Shown in pieces: positions 1 to 8,428 of a stretch of DNA of 26,868 nucleotides; the first letter of the stretch is position 1; every line of letters starts with the position of its first letter. The position numbers and the translations under genes are program-made. Origin of the DNA: Macrostomum lignano (taxonomy: Eukaryota); NCBI GenBank assembly GCA_002269645.1, contig NIVC01001625.1, positions 1 to 26,868 of the forward strand. Reading direction: 5' to 3'. Under the pieces are notes generated by a model. That model was not told the origin of the DNA and made no database searches. It saw only the letters and a list, made by a program, of their open reading frames with translations.

Positions 1-132
1 TTACGAGTATGAGTTCGACGAATTCTGATCGAATATTTGAACGAAAAAATATTTGAGGGAAATAAAAGTGGAAATTAAAATGAACTTAAGCAATGTCATG
101 TTTCAAAAAAAAATATCTAAGAAAATCTGCAT

Positions 133-229
133 TCAATGAGTATACACTTCACCAAAAAATTCTGGCGGGGCACGGGCCCTCTCACTTCGGCGCAATACAG
201 GCTGTTCTGGATGCTCTGGAACATCAGCA
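133..229 (-). other. Probable true C-terminus of Pol (ADVPEHPEQPVLRRSERARAPPEFFGEVYTH*), out of frame with the main pol ORF
   Basis: End of ORF 133..429. LRRSxRxRxPP resembles the basic tail common after Gypsy integrases. It comes back into frame if two 11-nt units of the adjacent 12-bp repeat are restored to 12 nt. Confidence 0.55.
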
Positions 230-3200
230 GGGGCGCGACCGGGGCGCCGATTGGGGTGCCGGCTGGGGCGCGACCGGAGCGCCGACTGGGGCGCCGGCTG
301 GGGCGCCGCGGGCGCCGGCTGGGGCGCCGACTGGGACGCCGGCTGGGGCGCCGACTGGGACGCCGGCTGGGGCGCCGGCTGGGACGCCGGCTGGGGCGCC
401 GGCTGGGGCGCCGGCTGGGACGCCGTCAAATCTCAGGTCGTCCTCGTCAGGATTGTGCAGTTGCGCCGCTGGTTGCAATTGAGGTGCTGCAGCTGGACTG
501 GCCGTGTTGCATGGCTTCATGCGATTGAAATGCACCACCCTTCGCCGTCGTGCATTGGCCTCGTGCTGAATGCGGTAGGTGACGTCTGAGATCTGCTTTT
601 TAACGCGCCATGGCCCAGTCCACCATCGATGAAATTTTCGGCTCTCGCCTCGCTTCAGCGCCGGATTGTGCAGCCAGACCAGATCGTCCTCGCTGAATGC
701 CTCGCCGTGGCACCTCCTGTCGTACGCTGCCTTCTGGTGCAGTTGCGCTGCCTCCAAGTTTTGTCGCGCCCTTTCGTGCGATGTCTGCAGCCGGCTCCGC
801 AGCTCGGCCACCCATTCACAAGGACGTTGCCTATCCGGCGCCAGACCTCCGTATGCCAAGTCCAGTGGTAGTCGCAGTTCCCGGCCGAAATGCATCGCCG
901 AAGGTGTCTGACCAGTCGACTTGTGGACTGAAGTGCGGTAGCCCATCAGTGCAATCTGCAGATGAAGATCCCAGTCTCGCTGATTCTCGTTCACCCATGC
1001 TCGCAGCAGCTGCACCAGTGTCCGGTTCATCCGTTCGCAACCGCCGTCTCCTTCAGGGTGGTAGCCTGTCGTCCGAGTCTTGTCGATTTTCAGCAGCCGC
1101 ATCGTCTCTTGAAACAGCTGTGACTCCCAGTTTCGACCCTGGTCGGTGTGCACCGACTGCGGGACTCCAAAGCGAGCCACCCACTCGTTGACAAACGTCC
1201 GGGCTGTGGTCTCAGCGTCTTGAGACGGCAGTGGAAAGGCCTCAGTCCACTTGCTGAAGGTGTCGATGACTACCAGGATGACTGAATTTCCACGATCGGT
1301 CCTCGGCAGGCCCACCATGAAGTCCATTTCCAGTCGCTGGCCAACGCTGCCGACCGCCATGCTCTGTAGAGGTGCCCGCCTGTGCTGGCCAGAATCTTTC
1401 AGTGTCGCGCATTCGAGGCACGCAGCACACCAGTCAGTCACATCTGCTGTCATTCCAGGCCAGTAGAGTCGCGCCCTGATCTTTTCAATGGTCTTCTGCG
1501 GTCCGCAGTGGCTGCCGCTCGTTCCAGCATGAGCTTCGACAAAAACATCGCGCTGTAGACTCTCTGGCACCAGCAGCTGCTGACAAAAGGCGCTGCCATC
1601 TTCGGATTCCCATCGGCGGCACAGCAGTCCGTTCACCAGTGTCAGCCGCTTAAACTCGGACAGCAGTTGCCGCTGCCGATTGCTCCAGCCGTCCGTCTCT
1701 GCCTTATCCGGTGGTTGCCCATCTCGCAAGCAGTTCGCCAGCTTCTGCATGCACTGATCCTCTGCCTGTGCTCGTCGAATCGCGCTGTCGTCATTGAACT
1801 CGACAGCGAGCGCAGAGCCACTGCACAGGCAAGGTCCTTTTCGACACGGTCGCCGACTAAGTGCGTCTGCATTTCCATGTTTCTCGCCCTTGCGATACTC
1901 CGTCTGGTAGTCGAATTCGCTTAGCTTATCCAGCCACCGTGCCAGCTGACCATCGGGATCTCGAAAGCGCAGAAGATGGATCAGCGAGGCGTGATCAGTA
2001 CGTAGTGTGAATCTTTTTCCTAACAAGTAGCTGCGATAGTGACCGACGAAGTGCACAATTGCCAGCAGCTCACGCCTCGTTGTGCAGTAATTTCTCTCTG
2101 CTTTGGACAGAATGCGACTGCCGTACGCCACCACCTGCGTCCTGCCACCACGGCGCTCTTGAAGAACTCCGGAGATGGCCACGCCAGAGGCATCGGTATC
2201 TAGCACGAACTCAGCGTCTTCTGCGAATGTCGGCATGATGAGGACTGGGCTGGAAGTAAGGCACTGCTTTAGGCGATTAAATGCTGCTGAGCATTCGAGA
2301 GTCCAGCTGAAGGTCACGTCCTTTTGCGTTAGCTTGTACAGCGGTTCAGCAATCTCACTGTAGTTTTTAACGAAATGACGATAGTAGCCACATAACCCCA
2401 GGAATTGTCGCACTTCTGAACGATCTTCGGGCGTTGGCCACTCCTGCACTGCTTTCACCTTGTCCGGGTCAGTGGTCACGCCATCTTTTGAGATTCGAAA
2501 GCCAAGAAATGAGATCTCCTGATAGCACAAGTGGCACTTGGTCGGCTTCAACTTCAGGTTAGCGGTTCTGAATTTCTGCAACACAAGCTCAAGACGCCGC
2601 AGATGCTCCTCGAATCCTTTCGAAAAGATGACAACGTCGTCAAGAAATGACAGGCACACTTCCCATCGGAGGCCCTTCAGAACGAGTTCCATCAGCCTTG
2701 AAAACGTGGCAGGACCATTGCACACACCTTGCGGTAGTCTCTTGTACTGGAATAATCCTTGTGGCGCAGGAAATGCTGTTTTTGCGCGACTCTCTGAGTC
2801 CAGCATCACCTGGGTGTACCCGCTAGTGAAGTCGAGCGTTGAGAACATTGTGGATCCTGCGAGAGCATCGATCAGATCGCTGGTGTGAGGCAGTGGATGA
2901 CTGTCTTTGACGGTCACGGAGTTGAGCAGTCTGAAGTCGTTCACGAAGCGCAAACTGCCGTCCTTCTTCTTCACCAGAATGACCGGGCTCGACCACGGAG
3001 AATTCGAAGGCTCTACGATGTCGTCTCTCACCATCTGCTCGACCATCTCTGACACAGCTCGCTGATTCGGCGGCGACAATCTACGAGGAGGCACTCTGAT
3101 AGGTTTCGCCGACCCGGTGTCAATTTTGTGGTCAAGGAGTGAAGTGCAGCCCAGGTCGTTTGGACTTTTCGAGAACACATCCTGGTACTGATGCAGAAGA

Positions 3201-4078
3201 TCTTTGACACACTGAACTTGATTGGCTGTAAGATTTTTCTCATCAATGTGCACATTTGGTACATACTCGGCGATTTGACCTTTCACTGTCTCAGCTTGCA
3301 TTGACAACTCTGCATCGGCACCATCTGACATCGGCTCAAAAGTCCCCAGTCTTGTTCCGGGGTAAAATGTATGCGGCTTGGTGTCCGTATTGACATAGTG
3401 AACGGCGATGAGTCCTCCTCGCAACACCGAGAGGCTGCGCGCTCCACACATGACCGTGGAGATGTCCTTCGAATTGTCAGGCTCAAAAATGCCGCACTCA
3501 CCATCAACAGCTGCATCTGACTCACTTGCCAATCTCGCTGGAAAGACGATTTCGTGACCAGCGGGCACGGTTGTCCTGTCTGCTACCTCAACGGCGAATA
3601 CACAGCTACTTGCTGCCGATGACTCCATTTTTACTTGCTGACCGCACACAGTGAGCGTTTGGCGACTGCAGTCGATGACGCAGCCACAGTTTGCCAGGAA
3701 ATCTGCACCCAGCAAAAAATCCTTGGCCAGATTGTCGACAACTAAAACTCTTTGTCGAACCGTTGCCACACCGAAACTTAGCTGCACTTCCTGCCAACCA
3801 CAGGCAGCCAAATAGTTACCGTCTGCCAGCTTCAACTGCACCGGAGTGGTCAAAGGCAGGAGCCTCTCATTCAGCTTGCGAAACAGGGAACTTGACATCA
3901 AAGACTGGGAACACCCAGTGTCAACTAGACAGCTGGCAGGGACACACATTGGCAGGATGCGACAGTTTACCAGCATGTTGGCACCAGTGGCTGAGCAGGA
4001 CACCTCTACGACTGGTTGCGCCGGGATTCTCACTTGCGGAACGGCACCCCGGCGGTCGCCGCTCCATCGAAGTTTCCC
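224..4078 (-). CDS. pol: Pol polyprotein (aspartic protease, reverse transcriptase, RNase H, integrase with GPY/F module)
   Basis: 1289-aa stop-free ORF. PR: LVDTGCS. RT: YKRLPQGVCNGPATF and FLDDVVIF. RNase H: TDASG, NYCTTRRELLAIV, TDH. IN zinc finger: H..H..CAAC. DDE core: RLEMDF, HTDQGRNW, GCERMNR. GPY/F-type: WTGPWRV..TYRI. Confidence 0.97.
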   Translation of the reverse strand, partial: GKLRWSGDRRGAVPQVRIPAQPVVEVSCSATGANMLVNCRILPMCVPASCLVDTGCSQSLMSSSLFRKLNERLLPLTTPVQLKLADGNYLAACGWQEVQLSFGVATVRQRVLVVDNLAKDFLLGADFLANCGCVIDCSRQTLTVCGQQVKMESSAASSCVFAVEVADRTTVPAGHEIVFPARLASESDAAVDGECGIFEPDNSKDISTVMCGARSLSVLRGGLIAVHYVNTDTKPHTFYPGTRLGTFEPMSDGADAELSMQAETVKGQIAEYVPNVHIDEKNLTANQVQCVKDLLHQYQDVFSKSPNDLGCTSLLDHKIDTGSAKPIRVPPRRLSPPNQRAVSEMVEQMVRDDIVEPSNSPWSSPVILVKKKDGSLRFVNDFRLLNSVTVKDSHPLPHTSDLIDALAGSTMFSTLDFTSGYTQVMLDSESRAKTAFPAPQGLFQYKRLPQGVCNGPATFSRLMELVLKGLRWEVCLSFLDDVVIFSKGFEEHLRRLELVLQKFRTANLKLKPTKCHLCYQEISFLGFRISKDGVTTDPDKVKAVQEWPTPEDRSEVRQFLGLCGYYRHFVKNYSEIAEPLYKLTQKDVTFSWTLECSAAFNRLKQCLTSSPVLIMPTFAEDAEFVLDTDASGVAISGVLQERRGGRTQVVAYGSRILSKAERNYCTTRRELLAIVHFVGHYRSYLLGKRFTLRTDHASLIHLLRFRDPDGQLARWLDKLSEFDYQTEYRKGEKHGNADALSRRPCRKGPCLCSGSALAVEFNDDSAIRRAQAEDQCMQKLANCLRDGQPPDKAETDGWSNRQRQLLSEFKRLTLVNGLLCRRWESEDGSAFCQQLLVPESLQRDVFVEAHAGTSGSHCGPQKTIEKIRARLYWPGMTADVTDWCAACLECATLKDSGQHRRAPLQSMAVGSVGQRLEMDFMVGLPRTDRGNSVILVVIDTFSKWTEAFPLPSQDAETTARTFVNEWVARFGVPQSVHTDQGRNWESQLFQETMRLLKIDKTRTTGYHPEGDGGCERMNRTLVQLLRAWVNENQRDWDLHLQIALMGYRTSVHKSTGQTPSAMHFGRELRLPLDLAYGGLAPDRQRPCEWVAELRSRLQTSHERARQNLEAAQLHQKAAYDRRCHGEAFSEDDLVWLHNPALKRGESRKFHRWWTGPWRVKKQISDVTYRIQHEANARRRRVVHFNRMKPCNTASPAAAPQLQPAAQLHNPDEDDLRFDGVPAGAPAGAPAGVPAGAPAGVPVGAPAGVPVGAPAGARGAPAGAPVGAPVAPQPAPQSAPRSRPC
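231..425 (-). repeat. 12-bp coding minisatellite (PAGA/PVGA/PAGV) in the pol tail
   Basis: Unit CCAGCCGGCGCC or CCAGTCGGCGCC, about 16 copies, including one 9-nt and two 11-nt units. Confidence 0.9.
4019..4078 (-). promoter_or_regulatory. -1 programmed ribosomal frameshift signal (slippery heptamer plus H-type pseudoknot)
   Basis: G GGA AAC at 4078-4072, in X XXY YYZ phase with gag, and pol is in the -1 frame. 6-nt spacer. Stem 1 GGAGCGGC/GCCGUUCC (4065-4058 with 4045-4038). Stem 2 CGCCGGG/CCCGGCG (4054-4048 with 4025-4019). Confidence 0.85.
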
Positions 4079-4872
4079 GACTTCTGAGTGCAAAATCTTT
4101 GAACATGGCCCGGCTTACCGCACTTCCAGCATGTCACAACTCTGCGTCTGTCGCCGCTCTGACGATGATCCTGGTCCTTTGACTCCCAGCGGCTGAGCTT
4201 GTTGGACAGCTCCTTCAGGGACCGTTGAATTCCGACTGCAAAGGCTTCGGGAACCTCAGCAGCTAGAGCCGTAGCGGTGCCTCCTTGCGACTGTATCGAT
4301 TCCACGAATCGCGCTGTTTCAACTGTATCAGCGAATGTCGCCTTTGGCTGCATCTGCGTCTGCATTCGCACAGCTGGGTCCCTCAATCCGGATAGAAACC
4401 GACCTTTGAGAAGCTCGTCCTTCGCTGTCACCGACGTCTCCTGCTCGGCACCTGCTTTCGTCTCCATCAGACTCGGGAACGCACGCTTTGCCGCAACGAT
4501 CAGGGCATCGGAATAGTCTGCAACCGACTGACCGTCCTTTTGAGTCAGATTGAAGAACTGCGCCTGCAGCTCAGCAGAGGATGTTGATGGCCGAAATCGA
4601 TTTTTCAGAGCCTTCTCAAAGTCGTCGTAGGACAGGGCAGCATCCAAATTGTTGGCCGCTTGATATGATTTGTCGTCGAGGAATGACAGCAGAGCATTCT
4701 TGCGCTGATCCACAGGAAGAGATGATGCGAAATTGTTGAATCGTGCCAGCCAAAGTTCAAAGTCTTGTCCATGCTGGTATTGAGGCGGCCGCAAAAACAT
4801 GTTGACAAAACTAGCTTGGGGCTGAGTCACCGCCACTGTAGGGCTCTCTGCACTGCCTTCATTTTCAGTCAT
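4030..4872 (-). CDS. gag: Gag (capsid plus CCHC zinc-knuckle nucleocapsid)
   Basis: First ATG at 4872 (the ORF-track start at 4890 is TTG), 280 aa. Knuckle CWKCGKPGHVQRFC fits C-X2-C-X4-H-X4-C. Overlaps the start of pol. Confidence 0.93.
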   Translation of the reverse strand: MTENEGSAESPTVAVTQPQASFVNMFLRPPQYQHGQDFELWLARFNNFASSLPVDQRKNALLSFLDDKSYQAANNLDAALSYDDFEKALKNRFRPSTSSAELQAQFFNLTQKDGQSVADYSDALIVAAKRAFPSLMETKAGAEQETSVTAKDELLKGRFLSGLRDPAVRMQTQMQPKATFADTVETARFVESIQSQGGTATALAAEVPEAFAVGIQRSLKELSNKLSRWESKDQDHRQSGDRRRVVTCWKCGKPGHVQRFCTQKSGNFDGAATAGVPFRK

Positions 4873-4877
4873 AGCCG

Positions 4878-4889
4878 CCGCTGCCACCA
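4878..4889 (-). promoter_or_regulatory. Primer-binding site, tRNA-Leu type
   Basis: TGGTGGCAGCGG starts 1 nt inside the LTR end. It is complementary to ...CCGCTGCCACCA, the 3' end of eukaryotic tRNA-Leu(AAG/TAG) as recalled from vertebrate sequences. Confidence 0.8.
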
Positions 4890-4890
4890 A

Positions 4891-5055
4891 TGTAAGAACA
4901 AGCGAAAACGAGAAATTGGCTTAAGGCGTAGACCGACTCTTGGCTGCCCAGTGCGCCAAGGCATTCACTTATATATTATCATTGTGCAGCGAGCAAATGT
5001 ACATAAGAGCTAGTGAACGTGCGCACACGCAATCAACTAAGCAAACCATCTTACA
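4891..5055 (-). repeat. 5' LTR, 165 bp
   Basis: Bounded by the perfect 7-bp inverted termini TGTAAGA...TCTTACA, adjacent to the PBS, with TATATAAG at 4975-4968. No second copy is available for comparison. Confidence 0.85.
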
Positions 5056-5123
5056 GATATATTCAGCCAGATAGAAGGTGATTCATTTGACTGCAAAAAA
5101 TTCACTCAGAACAGGCCGCTTAC

Positions 5124-5283
5124 CGTGTGGCAGTTGGCGGCACACGGGCTGAAGAAGTTCCTCCCGTCGATGCAGATCGGCTTGAAGGCGGCGGCGCTGC
5201 AGTTGCAGCCGGACGCGAAGGGCGACAGCTGAGGTGCCCCGGGGCCGCCGCTGGCCGAGCAGTCGGGGATGAAGCTGCCGCCG
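5124..5283 (-). CDS. SLCO: OATP/SLCO exon, Kazal-like extracellular domain
   Basis: GCNCSAAAFKPICIDGRNFFSPCAANC matches the OATP Kazal-like pattern. Donor ACG|GTAAGC at 5123. Acceptor ttttttatcaaatttatcag at 5284, but its phase disagrees by 1 nt with the upstream donor, so the start is uncertain. Symbol is family-level only. Confidence 0.85.
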
Positions 5284-5394
5284 CTGATAAATTTGATAAA
5301 AAAGGATTGTTGGAGCCCTGCTGCACCCAAGTACAATTTGTCACTAGGCCGGCAGGCAAATAGGCTATCTGCGCACACAAAGTCTGGCACTCAC

Positions 5395-6066
5395 TGGCCA
5401 CCAGCCGAAATCCGCCCACCAGATCCACGCGCGGACAGACGAACAGGAACCCGGTCGCGGCCGCCAGCACTCCGAAGCAGTTGACGCAGGCGTGGAACTT
5501 GGCCAGCTGCGGCACCCGCCATTTGACGCAGGCGGCCACGCAGCTGCTGATGAGGATGCCGAGCACGTTGGCCCCCGGCCCGGCGATGCCGGCCAGGACT
5601 GCCGCCTCCCGCTGCCGATGCGAAAGTGCAGGTTCAGGTACTTCACCATGTAGGCTATGATGCAGTTGATCTCCATGAACTCGAACATGTTGCCGCACAG
5701 CAGGCACACGTACACCGGGTTGCTTAGCAACCGTTTGAGCGAGCCGACAAAGCCGAGCAGGCTGTTGGGCTTTGCCTCTCCGGCGGCGGTTGCCTCCAAT
5801 TGGCTTTTCCGACGCCTAGAGGAGCGCTTGCCGCCCAGGCGGAGGGCGACACGGCACAGGAGGCCGCCGCCCTCGCCCGCCGCCCGGCGCCGGTACTTCT
5901 CGGCATTGAAGCCGGGCCGGGAGGGGAACAGCAGCATCGGCAGGCCGAGCAGCAGCGACAGCAGGCCGACGATGGCGAAGCCGAGCCACCAGGCAGGGAT
6001 GTAGGTAGGGCTGGCGCGCTCGCGCGGTTCGGACGGAATCAGCTGGTCGCTGAGGCGGACAAAAAC
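5395..6066 (-). CDS. SLCO: OATP/SLCO exon (AWWLGF signature and following TM helices), containing a 1-nt frameshift
   Basis: Acceptor caag at 6067 (phase 0). Reads VFVRLSD..YIPAWWLGF..LKRLLSNPVY..YMVKYL. Frame changes at 5608-5610 to EAAVLAGIAGPG..LFVCPRVDLVG. Donor GTGAGT at 5394. Confidence 0.88.
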
Positions 6067-6331
6067 CTTGAACGGTGAGAGGGGGGGTCAGAATTAGCTT
6101 CGCTTACTGGCATAACTAATTCAGCGAGGGGACGTGGATCGACTCAGAGCTCAGAACTACTAAGAGAGCCAATTCCTGACACTGTGAAATTGACGCTCTG
6201 GCACCCTACCGGAGAGGAGAGGCACTCACTCGGCGTTTCGTCGAAGGCCTTCTGGCAGGCCTTGAGGAGCACTCTTGAGAAGCCCCCAAATCCCTCAAAC
6301 CCCCTTGATTTCCGAGCCTCTCCACTCGAAC

Positions 6332-6732
6332 CTTTCCGTACAGCTGGTAGCCGAGAGTCGGCGACAAAATCTTCGCGGCGATGACGAGGCCGATGAAGAC
6401 GCCAGAGAAGTCGCCCGTGATGTCGTCGATGAAAGCGACGCCCAGGTTGAAGTACGGCGCCACCGACAGGCCCTCGACGAAGCCGGAGATGAGGAACAGG
6501 CCCAGCGCCACGGACGATTCCAGTCCAGCGTCCTGGCCCTGCGGTATCGCGCCAGCGGGCGTGGAGTTGCGGAGCCCGGAGTCGGCCGGGCAGACGAACC
6601 CCAGCTGCTGGTTGGCCGAGGCGCCGTCTGCTGGCTGCGGCGCTGCGCCGAACAGAAAATGCGGCAGGGCGAACAGAAGTCCGGACAGGCCGTAGCCGAA
6701 GCAGCTGAAAGCCAGCAGACGCGGCCGGTGAC
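6332..6732 (-). CDS. SLCO: OATP/SLCO exon
   Basis: Acceptor ttctgcag (phase 1). Reads GHRPRLL..ALPHFLF..GVAFIDD..ILSPTLGYQLYGK, with typical OATP HRPR, LPHF and IDD motifs. Donor AAG|GT at 6331 (phase 0). Confidence 0.9.
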
Positions 6733-6930
6733 CTGCAGAATGGTTTGATGGCCAGCAGTGAAGCAGCTCGGTAATTCCACCCACTGCCTGGAGCCAAGGG
6801 CTGCAGGCCAAATTTGAGTGATCTCACAGCTTGAGTATCAGCTTGCCTCGCTTTGCACATCAGTTTTGTGGTTTGGTGCCTCCATTTTACACCAAAATTG
6901 TGAAATTTGTGTTCGAGCCTTTTGACTACT

Positions 6931-7468
6931 TAACTGCTCAGCTACTCAACTACTCAGCTACTACTCAGCTACTCAGCTACTCAGCTACTACTCAACTACT
7001 CAGCTACTCAACTACTCAGCTACTACTCAGCTACTACTCAACTACTCAGCTACTCAACTACTCAGCTACTCAACTACTCAGCTACTACTCAACTACTCAG
7101 CTACTACTCAACTACTCAGCTACTACTCAACTACTCAGCTACTACTCAACTATTCAGCTACTCAACTACTCAGCTACTCAACTACTCAGCTACTACTCAA
7201 CTACTCAGCTACTACTCAACTACTCAGCTACTACTCAACTATTCAGCTACTACTCAACTACTCAGCTACTACTCAACTACTCAGCTACTACTCAACTACT
7301 CAGCTACTACTCAACTACTCAGCTACTCAACTACTCAGCTACTACTCAACTACTCAGCTACTCAACTACTCAGCTACTACTCAACTACTCACCTACCCAG
7401 CTACTCCGCTACTTAACGACTCAGCTACTCAACTACTCCGATACTCAGCTACTCAGCTACTCAGCTAC
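6931..7468. repeat. Intronic microsatellite (CTACTCAG/CTACTCAA with CTA inserts)
   Basis: About 540 bp of 8-nt units interspersed with extra CTA triplets. Confidence 0.95.
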
Positions 7469-7656
7469 GGCCCCTTAAATCGCATTCACTCCTCTCATAA
7501 ATGACTAAGTTGGATGCCAGGGTATTTAATCTTCACTGGCTTAGCAACTGTTAATAAAAAATCGCATTACAAGTTTTTGAGACTGAGTTGATCAAATCAG
7601 AATTGGATCATGCTGTCAATGAGGATGGTAGTTAAACAGTTGTTAAGTTGAACCAG

Positions 7657-7912
7657 CCGGTTAAGAAGAGTCACTCAGCCATACCCAGCCGGTTGAGAAG
7701 AGTCACTCAGCCATACCCAGTCAGTTGGGAAGATTCACTCAGCCATACCCAGCCGGTTGAGAAGATTCACTCAGCCATACCCAGCCAGTTGGGAAGATTC
7801 ACTCAGCCATACCCAGCTGGTTGAGAAAAGTCACTCAGCCATACCCAGCCGGTTGAGAAGAGTCACTCAGCCATACCCAGCTGGTTGAGAAGAGTCACTC
7901 AGCCATACCCAG
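7657..7912. repeat. 32-bp minisatellite x8 containing the SLCO splice donor
   Basis: Unit ccggttgagaagagtcactcagccatacccag. The last copy overlaps the final 4 exon bases. Confidence 0.95.
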
Positions 7913-8233
7913 CGAGCCGAAGTAGGAGACGAGCAGCACGCTGGGCAGGTAGACCATATCGTTGGCCATGAGCACCAGGGCGGACGTGGCCGAGTTAAAG
8001 TTGAAGCGCTTCTCCAGCTTGGTGAGGCTGGCCGACTTCAGCGCGCTCTGCAGGCCGCCGCACAGGCCGAACAGAGTCAGCAGCAGCAGGAACAGCTCGA
8101 ACTGGTTCAACCGGCGCAGGCAGCGGCAGCGCAGGCCCCAGCAGCCGCATTCGTTCGACTCACCAGCCTCATCGCTCGGCGAGTCATGCGAAATGTCTGG
8201 GGATGTTTTGGTCGACGGTTCGGTTCTGCTCAA
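7909..8233 (-). CDS. SLCO: OATP/SLCO exon, first TM helices
   Basis: CGCWGLRCRCL..LTKLEKRFNFNS..ANDMVY..LVSYFG matches the OATP N-terminal pattern (EKRF, VSYFG). Donor CTGG|GTATGG (phase 1) joins GHRPR. 5' boundary uncertain: 8233 is TTG with an in-frame stop just upstream, and a strong acceptor at 8264 is out of frame. Confidence 0.88.
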
Positions 8234-8293
8234 CTCTCAAATTTGTTGATTCCGTGTGAAAATCTGTGAAAGAGCTGGAAGGGGGCCACCGCT

Positions 8294-8428
8294 TTGGTGT
8301 GCAGGGAGGGGGTGCTGGAAGTCGCAAAGATCTTCAGGCTGGTGGTTGGTGTGCAGGGAGGGGGTGCTTGGAAGTCGCAAAGATCTTCAGGCTGGTGGTT
8401 GGTGTGCAGGGAGGGGGTGCTGGAAGTC
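8294..8428. repeat. 52-53-bp tandem repeat, about 2.6 copies
   Basis: tggtgtgcagggagggggtgct... recurs at 8295, 8347 and 8400. Confidence 0.9.

Larger units (their letters stand above)
1..5055 (-). mobile_element. Ty3/Gypsy LTR retrotransposon (5' LTR, PBS, gag, pol); 3' LTR not in the window
   Basis: Order on the minus strand is LTR, PBS, gag with CCHC knuckle, then pol with PR-RT-RNaseH-IN (integrase after RNase H is the Ty3/Gypsy order). After the last stop at 133 the sequence is AT-rich with no PPT or second LTR copy, so the element probably continues left of base 1. Confidence 0.95.

Noticed and set aside
600-4516. Numerous short ORFs antisense to or nested in gag-pol
   Set aside because: Expected shadow ORFs of GC-rich coding sequence, with no motifs.
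6831-7478. 215-aa LLSYSATTQ ORF
   Set aside because: Translation of a microsatellite inside an SLCO intron.
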